Below are positions 17,047-25,704 of a stretch of 46,364 bases of DNA, in pieces. Made by a program: the position numbers and the translations under genes. Origin of the DNA: Nitrospiraceae bacterium (GTDB lineage: Bacteria > Nitrospirota > Nitrospiria > Nitrospirales > Nitrospiraceae); assembly GCA_037442105.1 (NCBI GenBank), contig JBBIQV010000024.1, positions 1 to 46,364 on the forward strand, in the 5' to 3' direction. The notes below the pieces were generated by a model. The model did not search any database and was not told the origin of the DNA. It was given only the letters and a program-made list of their open reading frames with translations. Position 1 is the stretch's first letter. Each line of letters opens with the position of its first letter.

Positions 17047-19080
17047 ATGACGGTAGCTCCCACGACGACAACGACTTCCGAGTCCCGCTCCTTGTCTCCC
17101 GATCTTCTGTCCAGGACGAGCCTGCTTCTGATCGGCGGACTCCTGGTGTTTTCACCGTCGATAGAAGGGGGAACGACCCACTCGGCTGCCATGATCATCC
17201 GCTTGATGATTCTGTCGTTACTAGGAATGTACTGGGCCCAGGTCTGGTTTACCAATAGGTTGGTCTTCCCCCGGTTTCCAATAGCATTTCCGGTCCTGGC
17301 CTTTCTCAGCCTCGCTGCTGTATCGGTTGGGTGGTCTCCCTACACTAATCAGAGCCTTCAATGGTTGATGGTATTTCTTGGTTACGCGGGATTGCTCTAT
17401 CTCCTTGCGGCCTTTGTGGAGAGGTGGGAAGATGTGGCCAAGTTGCGGGCGGTGCTGGTTGGGATGGCAGTCGCCCAAGCGATTATGGCGTTTGTCCAGG
17501 TTGGTCAATGGGAAATAGCTAGGCCGACCGGCACATTCTTCAACCCAAACTTCCTGGCCGGCTATCTTGCGACCATCTCCATGTTCGTCTTATCGGCGGC
17601 TTGTTATGTCCGGCTTCACTGCCGTCAGTCATGGCCTGGGTGGCGAGCCCTGATTCGCCTGCTACTCCCGCTCGCCATTTTGTCCATTCTGCTCGTGGCG
17701 GTGGTACTGACCGGCTCACGGGGTGGCGCCTTGGCGTTAATTGTGGGAGCCGCGTTCGTGATCGGGTTGCGGTTTGGACGACGTGGTGTGATCGGACTTC
17801 TTGTGGTGCTGTTTCTGGGCTGTTTGGCCCCCAATCCGATTCGCGATCGAGTCATTGCCGAGCATGGGGGCAACCCGGAAACCTACGCGCGTCTGCAGAT
17901 GTGGCAGAGCGCCATGCATGAAATGATCGAGCATCCCTTGGGAGTCGGGCTTGGTTTATATCAGTACACCTATCCTCAGTACGCATTCCCGGTCGAGGGC
18001 GAGATCATCCGCTATGGGAAAATCGCGCAGACGCCTCATAACGAGTATCTTCAGATGGGTGTGGAATTGGGGGGGGCTGGTCTCGGCATGTTCTTATGGG
18101 GTCTTGTGCTCGTGGTGTGCGAAGCTGTGTGGCTGCTCCGGCAACGGCTCACTCGCCGGCAGCGTAGCTTGCTTGTGGGAGCCTGTGCGGGTATCGTTGT
18201 CATCCTCACGCAGGCTGCCGTGGATTCCAACCTGCACGAACCGGCTCTCGCGATTCTTCTCACGTTCTGCGTGGGAATTGTGATGGTCGGCCGAAAACTC
18301 TGCACGCTTCACGCCTCACGCCTACGCTTAGCCGTAGCCATCAAACGGCCCCTGCTCTGGGCGGTGATGGGTGCTGTTGTGATTGGCTTACTTGCGGCGA
18401 ACGTGCTGAGGCTGGGGATTGCCTATCAGATCTACGACTCAGGAACACGTCTGGCCAAGCAGCAACAATTCGAGCAAGCCATCGGGAATTTCAAGTGGGC
18501 GATTCTGCTCGATCCAGGGAAAGCGCTCTATCACAACTCGCTGGCTGCCGCTTACTTTCAGCTCCATCAACGGACTCATGAAGAGGCAATGGCGCAGGCC
18601 TCACTGGAGGAATTGCGCCGCGCGATTACCTTGAATCCTTTGGATGGGCGCCTTCAGAGCTTGCTGGGGTTTGTCTCGGCTTCACAGGTGTCTTCCCATC
18701 GTCCGGCAGACATGACAGAACAAGACCGTCTCTGGCTCGGTCAAGCCGTGGACGCCTATGAACGGGCTGCTGGGCTGGAACCCTTTGCCTATGCGCATCG
18801 ATTCGAACTGGCACGGCTCGCGCTCGCACTTGGACAGATCGAGGTAGCTGAGCAGCACTTGAAGAAGGTGATCGAACTGGAGCCGAATTTTCTGCCGGGA
18901 CGGCAGCTGCTCGTCCGTTTGTATGTAGAATCGGGGCGGCAAGCAGAGGCCAAGCATGAATATCAGGAGATTGTCGCACGGCAACAGCGGTATGGAGACC
19001 GTGCCACGACCGCGATCGAACGGTCGTTTCTGCAAGTCGATGCCACAAAGCTGGCCGGCTTGCTGGAACAGTTCTCATGA
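17047..19080 (+). CDS. O-antigen ligase/O-oligosaccharyltransferase family (Wzy_C) membrane protein with C-terminal TPRs (start uncertain)
   Basis: Many TM helices; GTFFNPNFLAGY, LTGSRGG, RLQMW, PLGVGLG, PHNEYLQ; TPR tail; directly downstream of pilA. Confidence 0.85.
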   Translation: MTVAPTTTTTSESRSLSPDLLSRTSLLLIGGLLVFSPSIEGGTTHSAAMIIRLMILSLLGMYWAQVWFTNRLVFPRFPIAFPVLAFLSLAAVSVGWSPYTNQSLQWLMVFLGYAGLLYLLAAFVERWEDVAKLRAVLVGMAVAQAIMAFVQVGQWEIARPTGTFFNPNFLAGYLATISMFVLSAACYVRLHCRQSWPGWRALIRLLLPLAILSILLVAVVLTGSRGGALALIVGAAFVIGLRFGRRGVIGLLVVLFLGCLAPNPIRDRVIAEHGGNPETYARLQMWQSAMHEMIEHPLGVGLGLYQYTYPQYAFPVEGEIIRYGKIAQTPHNEYLQMGVELGGAGLGMFLWGLVLVVCEAVWLLRQRLTRRQRSLLVGACAGIVVILTQAAVDSNLHEPALAILLTFCVGIVMVGRKLCTLHASRLRLAVAIKRPLLWAVMGAVVIGLLAANVLRLGIAYQIYDSGTRLAKQQQFEQAIGNFKWAILLDPGKALYHNSLAAAYFQLHQRTHEEAMAQASLEELRRAITLNPLDGRLQSLLGFVSASQVSSHRPADMTEQDRLWLGQAVDAYERAAGLEPFAYAHRFELARLALALGQIEVAEQHLKKVIELEPNFLPGRQLLVRLYVESGRQAEAKHEYQEIVARQQRYGDRATTAIERSFLQVDATKLAGLLEQFS

Positions 19081-19122
19081 GTGAACTGTGAGCTATTCGC
19101 TGCCGGCTGTTCGCTATTCGCT
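19081..19122. repeat. Tandem 7-nt repeats (consensus ATTCGCT)
   Basis: GTGAACT GTGAGCT ATTCGCT GCCGGCT GTTCGCT ATTCGCT. Confidence 0.75.
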
Positions 19123-19146
19123 ATTTTCATATCGGATCCGGGCAAC

Positions 19147-20028
19147 ATGAATGTGTCGACTCAGTGGGGGACCAACAACCCGCTCATGATCGGCGCGCTG
19201 GTTGTCGTCTTGGGCACCGGGGCGATGGGATTCCTTTATGCTGTGGACCGACAGCGGCAGGACCTTGGCCGCGCGCTCGAGCTCTCATACCTTCCCAACG
19301 GCGAGTATCTGAAAGTGGCGGTCGTTGGGTATCGGCAGATTGCCGCCGACCTGCTCTGGCTCAAAGCGGTGCAGAACCTGGCAGGGAAGACCCAGACCAG
19401 GCAGGCGTATCTGGCTGCCTATCACGCGGTGGATGTACTCACTGATCTTGATCCCCAATTTGTGCATGCCTATCAGTTCACCGGGACGATCCTTGGTGTG
19501 TGGGCCGGCATGACAAAGGAAAGTATAGCCATCCTTACCAAAGGTGTTCAGCATAATCCCACCGTGTGGGAGCTGCCGTTTTTCTTGGGCTACGACTACT
19601 ACTACGAGCTGCATGATCCCGCGACCGCTGCCCAGTATTTCCGGGCCGCGTCGATGTTGCCCGGCGCTCCCGCCTATTTGCCGAACCTGGCGGCGAGAAT
19701 GACAGTGGAAGCTGGTGATCCAGGCGCCGCGCTGGAGTTTTTGCAGCGTCTGTATCAACAGACGAAGGACGAGCAGCTTCGAGAGGGACTGGCGCAACGG
19801 ATCCGAGAAGTGGTCGCCGAACGCGATATCCGATTTCTTGAGCAGGGCGTACGGACCTATCGCGAACGGTTCGGTACTTTGCCGGGAGCGCTGGAAGATC
19901 TTATCACGGCAGGAGTGATTTCTGGGATTCCGCAAGAACCGTTCGGCGGGCGCTACGAGCTTGTGCCGTCGGATGGCACGGTGAAGAGCCCAGGCTTGCG
20001 AGAGCGGCTGCGGGTGCATAAGAAGTAG
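19147..20028 (+). CDS. PilG/XapA-like membrane-anchored pilus accessory protein (start uncertain)
   Basis: TM anchor; ADLLWLKAVQ, LDPQF, PGAPAYL, EPFGGRY; sits between pilA/OTase and an ABC pair as in the Myxococcus pilGHI arrangement. Confidence 0.7.
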   Translation: MNVSTQWGTNNPLMIGALVVVLGTGAMGFLYAVDRQRQDLGRALELSYLPNGEYLKVAVVGYRQIAADLLWLKAVQNLAGKTQTRQAYLAAYHAVDVLTDLDPQFVHAYQFTGTILGVWAGMTKESIAILTKGVQHNPTVWELPFFLGYDYYYELHDPATAAQYFRAASMLPGAPAYLPNLAARMTVEAGDPGAALEFLQRLYQQTKDEQLREGLAQRIREVVAERDIRFLEQGVRTYRERFGTLPGALEDLITAGVISGIPQEPFGGRYELVPSDGTVKSPGLRERLRVHKK

Positions 20029-20030
20029 TT

Positions 20031-20065
20031 CTAAGCTGCCCGCTACTCGCTATTCGCTGTTCGCT
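20031..20065. repeat. Tandem 7-nt repeats (consensus ATTCGCT)
   Basis: CTAAGCT GCCCGCT ACTCGCT ATTCGCT GTTCGCT. Confidence 0.75.
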
Positions 20066-20088
20066 GGAAATGAGAGGAGTTGTTGAGG

Positions 20089-21021
20089 GTGGACGCAATC
20101 GTCATTGATCGTCTCACGAAAACCTTCAAGCCGAATTGGCCCTGGAAGCCGGCAGCCACCGTGCTCCGTGGATTGTCCTTTTCCGTGGGCCAAGGTGAGA
20201 TCTTTGGATTTCTCGGCCCCAATGGCGCAGGCAAGACGACGACGCTGAAAATTCTCATCGGGCTTCTCCGCCAGACCAGCGGGCGCGCGGAGGTCCTCGG
20301 ATCGCCGGCGGGGGATGTCGAGGCGCATCGCCGCATCGGGTTTTTGCCCGAGTCGCCCTACTTCTATGACTATCTCACGGCGGAAGAGTTCCTGAGGTTC
20401 TATGGCCACCTGGCCGGCATGGGTGGCGCCCGTTTGAATCAACGCGTCACGGCGCTGCTCGAACTCGTGGGTCTTGCGGAAGCTCGCACACGCCAGCTCC
20501 GCAAGTTTTCGAAGGGCATGTTGCAGCGGGTGGGATTGGCCCAGGCCCTCATCCACGACCCGGAGCTAGTGATTCTCGATGAGCCGATGTCCGGGCTGGA
20601 CCCGATCGGGCGCAAGGAAGTCCGCGATGTGATCTTGCAGTTGCGCGAGCAGGGCAAGACGGTCTTCTTCAGCACGCATATCATTCCGGACGTCGAAATG
20701 ATCTGCGATCGGGTGGCCGTCATCGTCAAGGGACAGTTGTTGGCGGCCGGTCGCGTGGATGAACTTGTAGGGCATGGGCGGACACGGTCGGTGGAGGTGG
20801 TGTGCGAGGGGATTCGCGGCGAAGCCCTGCCTTTGATTCGCGCAGTTGCCACGCGCCTGGTCCAGCGTGGAAGCCAATGCCTCATGGTCTTGCCGGAACC
20901 GAACCGCCTTGACGAAGTCCTGACGGAAATTCGGACGCACAGCGGGAAACTGATCTCAGTGACACCACAGAAGGGCTCGCTCGAAGAGCTCCTCGTCCAG
21001 GAAGCGAGTCAGCAGGTCTGA
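20089..21021 (+). CDS. ABC transporter ATP-binding protein (Myxococcus PilH-like)
   Basis: GPNGAGKTT, signature FSKGM, ILDEPMSGLD, STH; RBS AGGAG. Confidence 0.9.
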   Translation: MDAIVIDRLTKTFKPNWPWKPAATVLRGLSFSVGQGEIFGFLGPNGAGKTTTLKILIGLLRQTSGRAEVLGSPAGDVEAHRRIGFLPESPYFYDYLTAEEFLRFYGHLAGMGGARLNQRVTALLELVGLAEARTRQLRKFSKGMLQRVGLAQALIHDPELVILDEPMSGLDPIGRKEVRDVILQLREQGKTVFFSTHIIPDVEMICDRVAVIVKGQLLAAGRVDELVGHGRTRSVEVVCEGIRGEALPLIRAVATRLVQRGSQCLMVLPEPNRLDEVLTEIRTHSGKLISVTPQKGSLEELLVQEASQQV

Positions 21022-21022
21022 T

Positions 21023-21787
21023 ATGCGCTGCATCGGTGTGATTGCGCTGAACACGTTCCGAGAAAATCTCCGGGACAAGATTCTCTACAACCTTCTCCTG
21101 TTTTCGGCGCTGCTGATTGCGGCCTCGATGCTCCTCGGCACCTTAACCGTCGCGGAGCAAGAAAAGATCGTGACCGACATGGGCTTGGCTGCCATTAATC
21201 TCATCGGGGTGATTATCGCGATCTTCGTCGGGATCGGGCTCGTCAGCAAAGAGATCGAACGGCGGACGATCTATACGATTATGGCCCGCCCCATCAGCCG
21301 AGCGCAGTTTGTCCTGGGCAAGTATCTCGGGCTGGTGGTCACTCTGTCCGTCAATGTCCTCATCATGCTGGGCGTGTTTCTCCTCACGCTCTGGTGGAGC
21401 CGCGCATCCATCCATGTGTCGCTCCTGCAGGCGGTCGCGTTGATTCTCGTGGAGCTGTTGGTCGTGACCGCGTTGGCGCTGTTCTTTTCGACGTTCAGCT
21501 CGGCGATGCTCAGCGCGTCAATGACGGTGGGACTGTACGTGATCGGCCACCTCACTTCTGACCTGAAAGGCATTGCGGAGAAGAGCGGGAACGAGTTGGT
21601 TGCAACTCTCGGAGTCGTCCTGTACTACATTTGTCCGAATCTCGAAATGTTGAACATCAAGGGACAAGCCGCGGCCGGAGTGCCGGTCTCGCTTGCCTAC
21701 CAGTCGATGGCGACAGTGTACGGACTTCTCTACGCGAGCCTTTTGCTTGCAGCGGCATGTGTGATTTTTCGGCGTCGCGAGTTTTGA
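21023..21787 (+). CDS. ABC-2 type permease (Myxococcus PilI-like)
   Basis: About 6 TM helices; NTFRE, EIERRTIYTIMARPISR, GKYLG, FRRREF C-terminus. Confidence 0.87.
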   Translation: MRCIGVIALNTFRENLRDKILYNLLLFSALLIAASMLLGTLTVAEQEKIVTDMGLAAINLIGVIIAIFVGIGLVSKEIERRTIYTIMARPISRAQFVLGKYLGLVVTLSVNVLIMLGVFLLTLWWSRASIHVSLLQAVALILVELLVVTALALFFSTFSSAMLSASMTVGLYVIGHLTSDLKGIAEKSGNELVATLGVVLYYICPNLEMLNIKGQAAAGVPVSLAYQSMATVYGLLYASLLLAAACVIFRRREF

Positions 21788-21861
21788 ACATTGATTCCTT
21801 GCGGAGTACGAACCGTGCTCCGACTTCTCTTCGGTGATGTGGTCGGGGGGGGGACAGAACT

Positions 21862-22998
21862 GTGGAAGATGAAACCAGCTCTCCACATGTCGAGGTCGAA
21901 CGTCGAAATAACTTCGACTTTCTTCGTTTCGCTGCAGCGACGCTGGTCCTTGTAAGTCACAGTTATCCTTTGCTCGGTCGAAAGGATGAGCCGTTCGGAG
22001 CCTTCATGGGCTATGAAACAGGGGGAGGGATAGCGGTTGCAATATTCTTTGTGATATCGGGTTACCTCGTAACCGCTTCGTTCCTGAAAAGCAAAGGAGT
22101 ATGGGATTATCTCAAGAAACGTAGCCTACGCCTGCTGCCTGCATTATGCTTTGTAGTGATTTTGACGGTCTTTGTTTTGGGTCCCATTGTTTCTTCTTTG
22201 AGTGTACGAGACTACCTTCTACACCCTCAAACGTGGACCTACCTTAGAAGTTGCTTTCTCTATATTGGTTATAACCTTCCAGGAGTGTTCGCGAGCAATC
22301 CGTATCCCCATGCGGTGAACGGATCTCTTTGGACCCTCCCTGTCGAGGTGGTAATGTATCTCATCGTACTCATATTGGGTTGGAGAAAACTACTCAATTT
22401 GACCACCTTGCTTTTTGTCATGCTGGGATTGTTTTTGGTTCAGTTCAAGTTTGCTGAGTATTTTGATCTCAGCGGTGTTGTGTTGTTTCATCTGTTCCCT
22501 TTAGCCGCTTCTGCCAAGCTCGGACTATTCTTTCTGTCGGGATCGTTGTTGTATGTCTTGCGGGAGAGCCTCACCATTCGAAATGACATGGCATGTGTCA
22601 TGTCGTTGGCTCTTTGGGGAACCTTTCAAACAACCATTGGAGCTTTCGTGTTTCAACTAACGCTGCCGTATCTCACGATCTGGGTTGCCCATGCGAACAT
22701 TCGCTGGATGCAAAGGTTCGGTCGCAATGGTGATTTCTCCTACGGCATCTATTTATTTGCTTTTCCAATTCAGCAGTTACTAATGCACTTCCTCGGTGCT
22801 ATGCATGAGGCTGTCTTTGCACTGCTGGCATTCCTTGCTACACTGCCGTTAGCAGTTGTGTCCTGGTATTGTGTGGAAAAGCCGGCTCTGAGATGGAAAT
22901 TGCGTCGTGTGAGCTTCGTGGATGCTGGGCAGATGAGGAAATCAGGTGGAGATACAAGGTCCGTCACTCCTGATGTCGGGAATAGTTGGGCAGCATAG
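21862..22998 (+). CDS. Acyltransferase_3 family O-acyl/acetyltransferase
   Basis: FDFLRFAAA..V..SH, FFVISGYL, KRSLRLLP, NGSLWTLPVE, SYGIYL, SWYCVEKP. Confidence 0.9.
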   Translation: MEDETSSPHVEVERRNNFDFLRFAAATLVLVSHSYPLLGRKDEPFGAFMGYETGGGIAVAIFFVISGYLVTASFLKSKGVWDYLKKRSLRLLPALCFVVILTVFVLGPIVSSLSVRDYLLHPQTWTYLRSCFLYIGYNLPGVFASNPYPHAVNGSLWTLPVEVVMYLIVLILGWRKLLNLTTLLFVMLGLFLVQFKFAEYFDLSGVVLFHLFPLAASAKLGLFFLSGSLLYVLRESLTIRNDMACVMSLALWGTFQTTIGAFVFQLTLPYLTIWVAHANIRWMQRFGRNGDFSYGIYLFAFPIQQLLMHFLGAMHEAVFALLAFLATLPLAVVSWYCVEKPALRWKLRRVSFVDAGQMRKSGGDTRSVTPDVGNSWAA

Positions 22999-23077
22999 GC
23001 GCATGTGAACAAATTTGGGCTACATGTTGTGGTTGAACGGTGAGACCAGCCCTACATGGGGTAGCGAGCGAAGTCCG

Positions 23078-23857
23078 ATGGCAACTATGAATCGAAGCGA
23101 GTGGTTTCGATATGGAGAATTGGTAAGCAGTTTGGCTATCAAGGATCTCAAGATCAAGTACAAGTCTGCAACCTTCGGATTTGTCTGGGCGCTGTTGAAT
23201 CCACTGTTGCTAGCGATTATTTTGACGATTGTGTTTTCGATGGTCGTCAAGATCGAGGTGGAGCAGTATCCGTTGTTTCTCCTGGTGGCATTGTTTCCCT
23301 GGTCGTTTTTTAGCCACTCGTTCTCTGCGGCGACGGCATCTATAACCGATAACGCGCATCTCATCAAGAAAGTGGCATTTCCGCGGATCGTTATTCCCCT
23401 ATCAGTGATTCTCTCGAATCTCCTTCATTTCGCTCCACCGCTGTTCCTTGTGCTTATTCTGGTCATTTGTTTTAGCACTTCTGTGTCGTGGACAATAATC
23501 TTCTTGCCACTCTTGTTGTTGGTCCAGATATGTTTTGTCACCGGCATATCTCTGATTACAGCCAGACTGCATGCGCAGTTCCGTGACGTCAAGTTCTTGG
23601 TAGATGCCTCGCTCATCCCATGGTTTTATTTGACACCGATTCTATATCCGATCTCGATGGTTCCCGAGAACTGGCGGAGCTGGTATCTGTTGAATCCCAT
23701 GGCCGGCATCATCACCTCCTACCGTGAGCTATTACTAGAGGGGGTGGTCCCCGGTCTCCTGACGATTCTCGTGACTTGCGGCTTAACGTTCACGATTTGT
23801 CTGGTGGGTGTCGTTGTGTTTCGGCAACAGGAGGCGTTCTTCGCCGATCAGGTGTGA
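23078..23857 (+). CDS. wzm: Glycan ABC exporter permease Wzm
   Basis: DLKIKYKS..GFVWALLNP, LIKKVAFP, FRDV, FYLTPILYP, LNPM. Confidence 0.9.
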   Translation: MATMNRSEWFRYGELVSSLAIKDLKIKYKSATFGFVWALLNPLLLAIILTIVFSMVVKIEVEQYPLFLLVALFPWSFFSHSFSAATASITDNAHLIKKVAFPRIVIPLSVILSNLLHFAPPLFLVLILVICFSTSVSWTIIFLPLLLLVQICFVTGISLITARLHAQFRDVKFLVDASLIPWFYLTPILYPISMVPENWRSWYLLNPMAGIITSYRELLLEGVVPGLLTILVTCGLTFTICLVGVVVFRQQEAFFADQV

Positions 23858-23858
23858 A

Positions 23859-25166
23859 ATGTGGGCCATTGAAATCAAACAGATCAGTCGCAGGTATTTC
23901 CTGTACCAGGAGGCGCCGACCTTGATAAAGGACGTATTCTTGCGGCCTGTGTTGAACCGATCAAGACCTCATGAATGTTGGGCATTGCGCGATATCAGTT
24001 GGAGGATCAAGCAGGGTGAGACCGTCGGCTTGTTGGGCGAGAATGGTGCAGGGAAAAGCACGCTTCTGAAAATCCTGGCTGGCATCACGAAACCCACAAC
24101 TGGCTCAATTACAGTGAATGGTCGGGTGGGAGCCCTGCTGGAACTTGGGACCGGATTTCACTCAGAACTGACGGGCAGGGAAAATGTTTTGCTCAACGCG
24201 TCCTTACTCGGCATCAGACGGAAGGAGGTCGAGGCAAAGCTCAAGGACATTGTCAGTTTTGCCGAATTAGAGTCCTTTTTCGATGTGCCGGTAAAGACGT
24301 ATTCGTCCGGGATGTTTGTGAGGTTAGGTTTTTCAGCCGCGATGGCGATGGATCCTGACGTGCTGATTATCGACGAAGCACTGGCCGTGGGGGATATCCG
24401 TTTCCAGCAGAAATGCATGAGGCGGTTGGCGGAGTTTAAGCGAGAGAACAAAACCCTCGTGGTCGTAAGCCACGATTTGGGGTTAATTAAGGCGTTGTGT
24501 GATACGGCGGTCTGCCTCCATCACGGCTCGATTGTCGATGGGGGAGATGCAGGAGAGGTCGTTGATCGGTATGTGTTGCGCATGACTGATATAGGGAGTC
24601 CTCAGCGATTGACTGATGCCGCGGTAGGGCGCCAGGATTCCAAGTTGTCATCTGCGGAATGGTCTGGAGAACCATTCCTGCTAGGCGCAGTGTCCAAGCC
24701 CTGCGGGTTCCCGCGTTCAGGGACGAGGGCCATGGTTATCAAGGAAGTGCACCTAATCGACGACGCGAGACAGCCGGTTGTGCTGCCGGAGTTCGGACAA
24801 GTAGTCAACTTGGAAGTCGCAGTCGAAGCCCAACAAGACTGTCCGAGGCTCACCGTGGCCTTCTACGTCAAGAATCACTCTCGTCTGGAGATAATAGGGA
24901 CCAATACCGATATTCAGGGCAAACCGGTCTTGCAGGTGGCTCGGGGAGAAAGGTACGTGTTTCGCTTTCGCTTTGAACTACGCCTGAAGCCGGGAATGTA
25001 CACGGTGACCGTGATCGCCGCCAATGGCCCGGAAGCAGAACATTACTACGATTGGATTGAAGATGCGATCTCGTTTGAACTCCTTAGCCCTCACGTGAAG
25101 CTGCATGCTCTCTATGGGCCACCGATTGAGGTGACACTCAAATCCTCTCAGTCTGTCGCTTGGTGA
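23859..25166 (+). CDS. wzt: Glycan ABC exporter ATPase Wzt with C-terminal carbohydrate-binding domain
   Basis: GENGAGKST, LTGREN, YSSGM, IIDEALAVGD, VSHD; C-terminal beta-sandwich (RSG, GTNT, LKPGMY). Confidence 0.92.
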   Translation: MWAIEIKQISRRYFLYQEAPTLIKDVFLRPVLNRSRPHECWALRDISWRIKQGETVGLLGENGAGKSTLLKILAGITKPTTGSITVNGRVGALLELGTGFHSELTGRENVLLNASLLGIRRKEVEAKLKDIVSFAELESFFDVPVKTYSSGMFVRLGFSAAMAMDPDVLIIDEALAVGDIRFQQKCMRRLAEFKRENKTLVVVSHDLGLIKALCDTAVCLHHGSIVDGGDAGEVVDRYVLRMTDIGSPQRLTDAAVGRQDSKLSSAEWSGEPFLLGAVSKPCGFPRSGTRAMVIKEVHLIDDARQPVVLPEFGQVVNLEVAVEAQQDCPRLTVAFYVKNHSRLEIIGTNTDIQGKPVLQVARGERYVFRFRFELRLKPGMYTVTVIAANGPEAEHYYDWIEDAISFELLSPHVKLHALYGPPIEVTLKSSQSVAW

Positions 25167-25170
25167 CGAG

Positions 25171-25704
25171 ATGGCGGTCCAATCGAAGGGCGACCTTGAA
25201 CATTTTTACGAACGACCAGATCCTTGGGGATACGAAGATAACCCGGGGGACTTGAACCGCCGCGCGCGATTGTTGGCCGCTCTTCCTGAGAAGCCGTACG
25301 CACGCGTGTTGGACATCGGCTGTGGCGAGGGATTCGTTACGAGTCGGCTACCCGGCGACTTGGTTGTCGGTATTGATCTTTCAGCGAATGCTGTGGCGCG
25401 GGCCAAATCGAGAAGCGAGTCCCACGTAACCTATATGCAAAGGTCCTTATTCGATCTCCCTCATGCATGGCGCACTGAGCTCTTTGATCTGATCGTTGTG
25501 ACGGGCGTGTTATATCCGCAATACATCGGTCGCGCGTATCTCCTAGCCTTTACAATTATCGACAATCTGCTGAAGGTAGGTGGCCATCTGGTTTGCTCAC
25601 ACATTTTCGATTGGTACAAGTTTCGTTTCCCCTATACGACGCTAACTCGTGAGTATTACCGGTATCGGGACTACACTCATGTATTGGAAGTGTATGTAAA
25701 ATGA
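25171..25704 (+). CDS. NodS-like class I SAM-dependent methyltransferase
   Basis: N-terminal FYERPDPWGY; SAM motif VLDIGCGEG; GIDLS; FDLIVVTGVLY; ATGA overlap with the next gene. Confidence 0.8.
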   Translation: MAVQSKGDLEHFYERPDPWGYEDNPGDLNRRARLLAALPEKPYARVLDIGCGEGFVTSRLPGDLVVGIDLSANAVARAKSRSESHVTYMQRSLFDLPHAWRTELFDLIVVTGVLYPQYIGRAYLLAFTIIDNLLKVGGHLVCSHIFDWYKFRFPYTTLTREYYRYRDYTHVLEVYVK

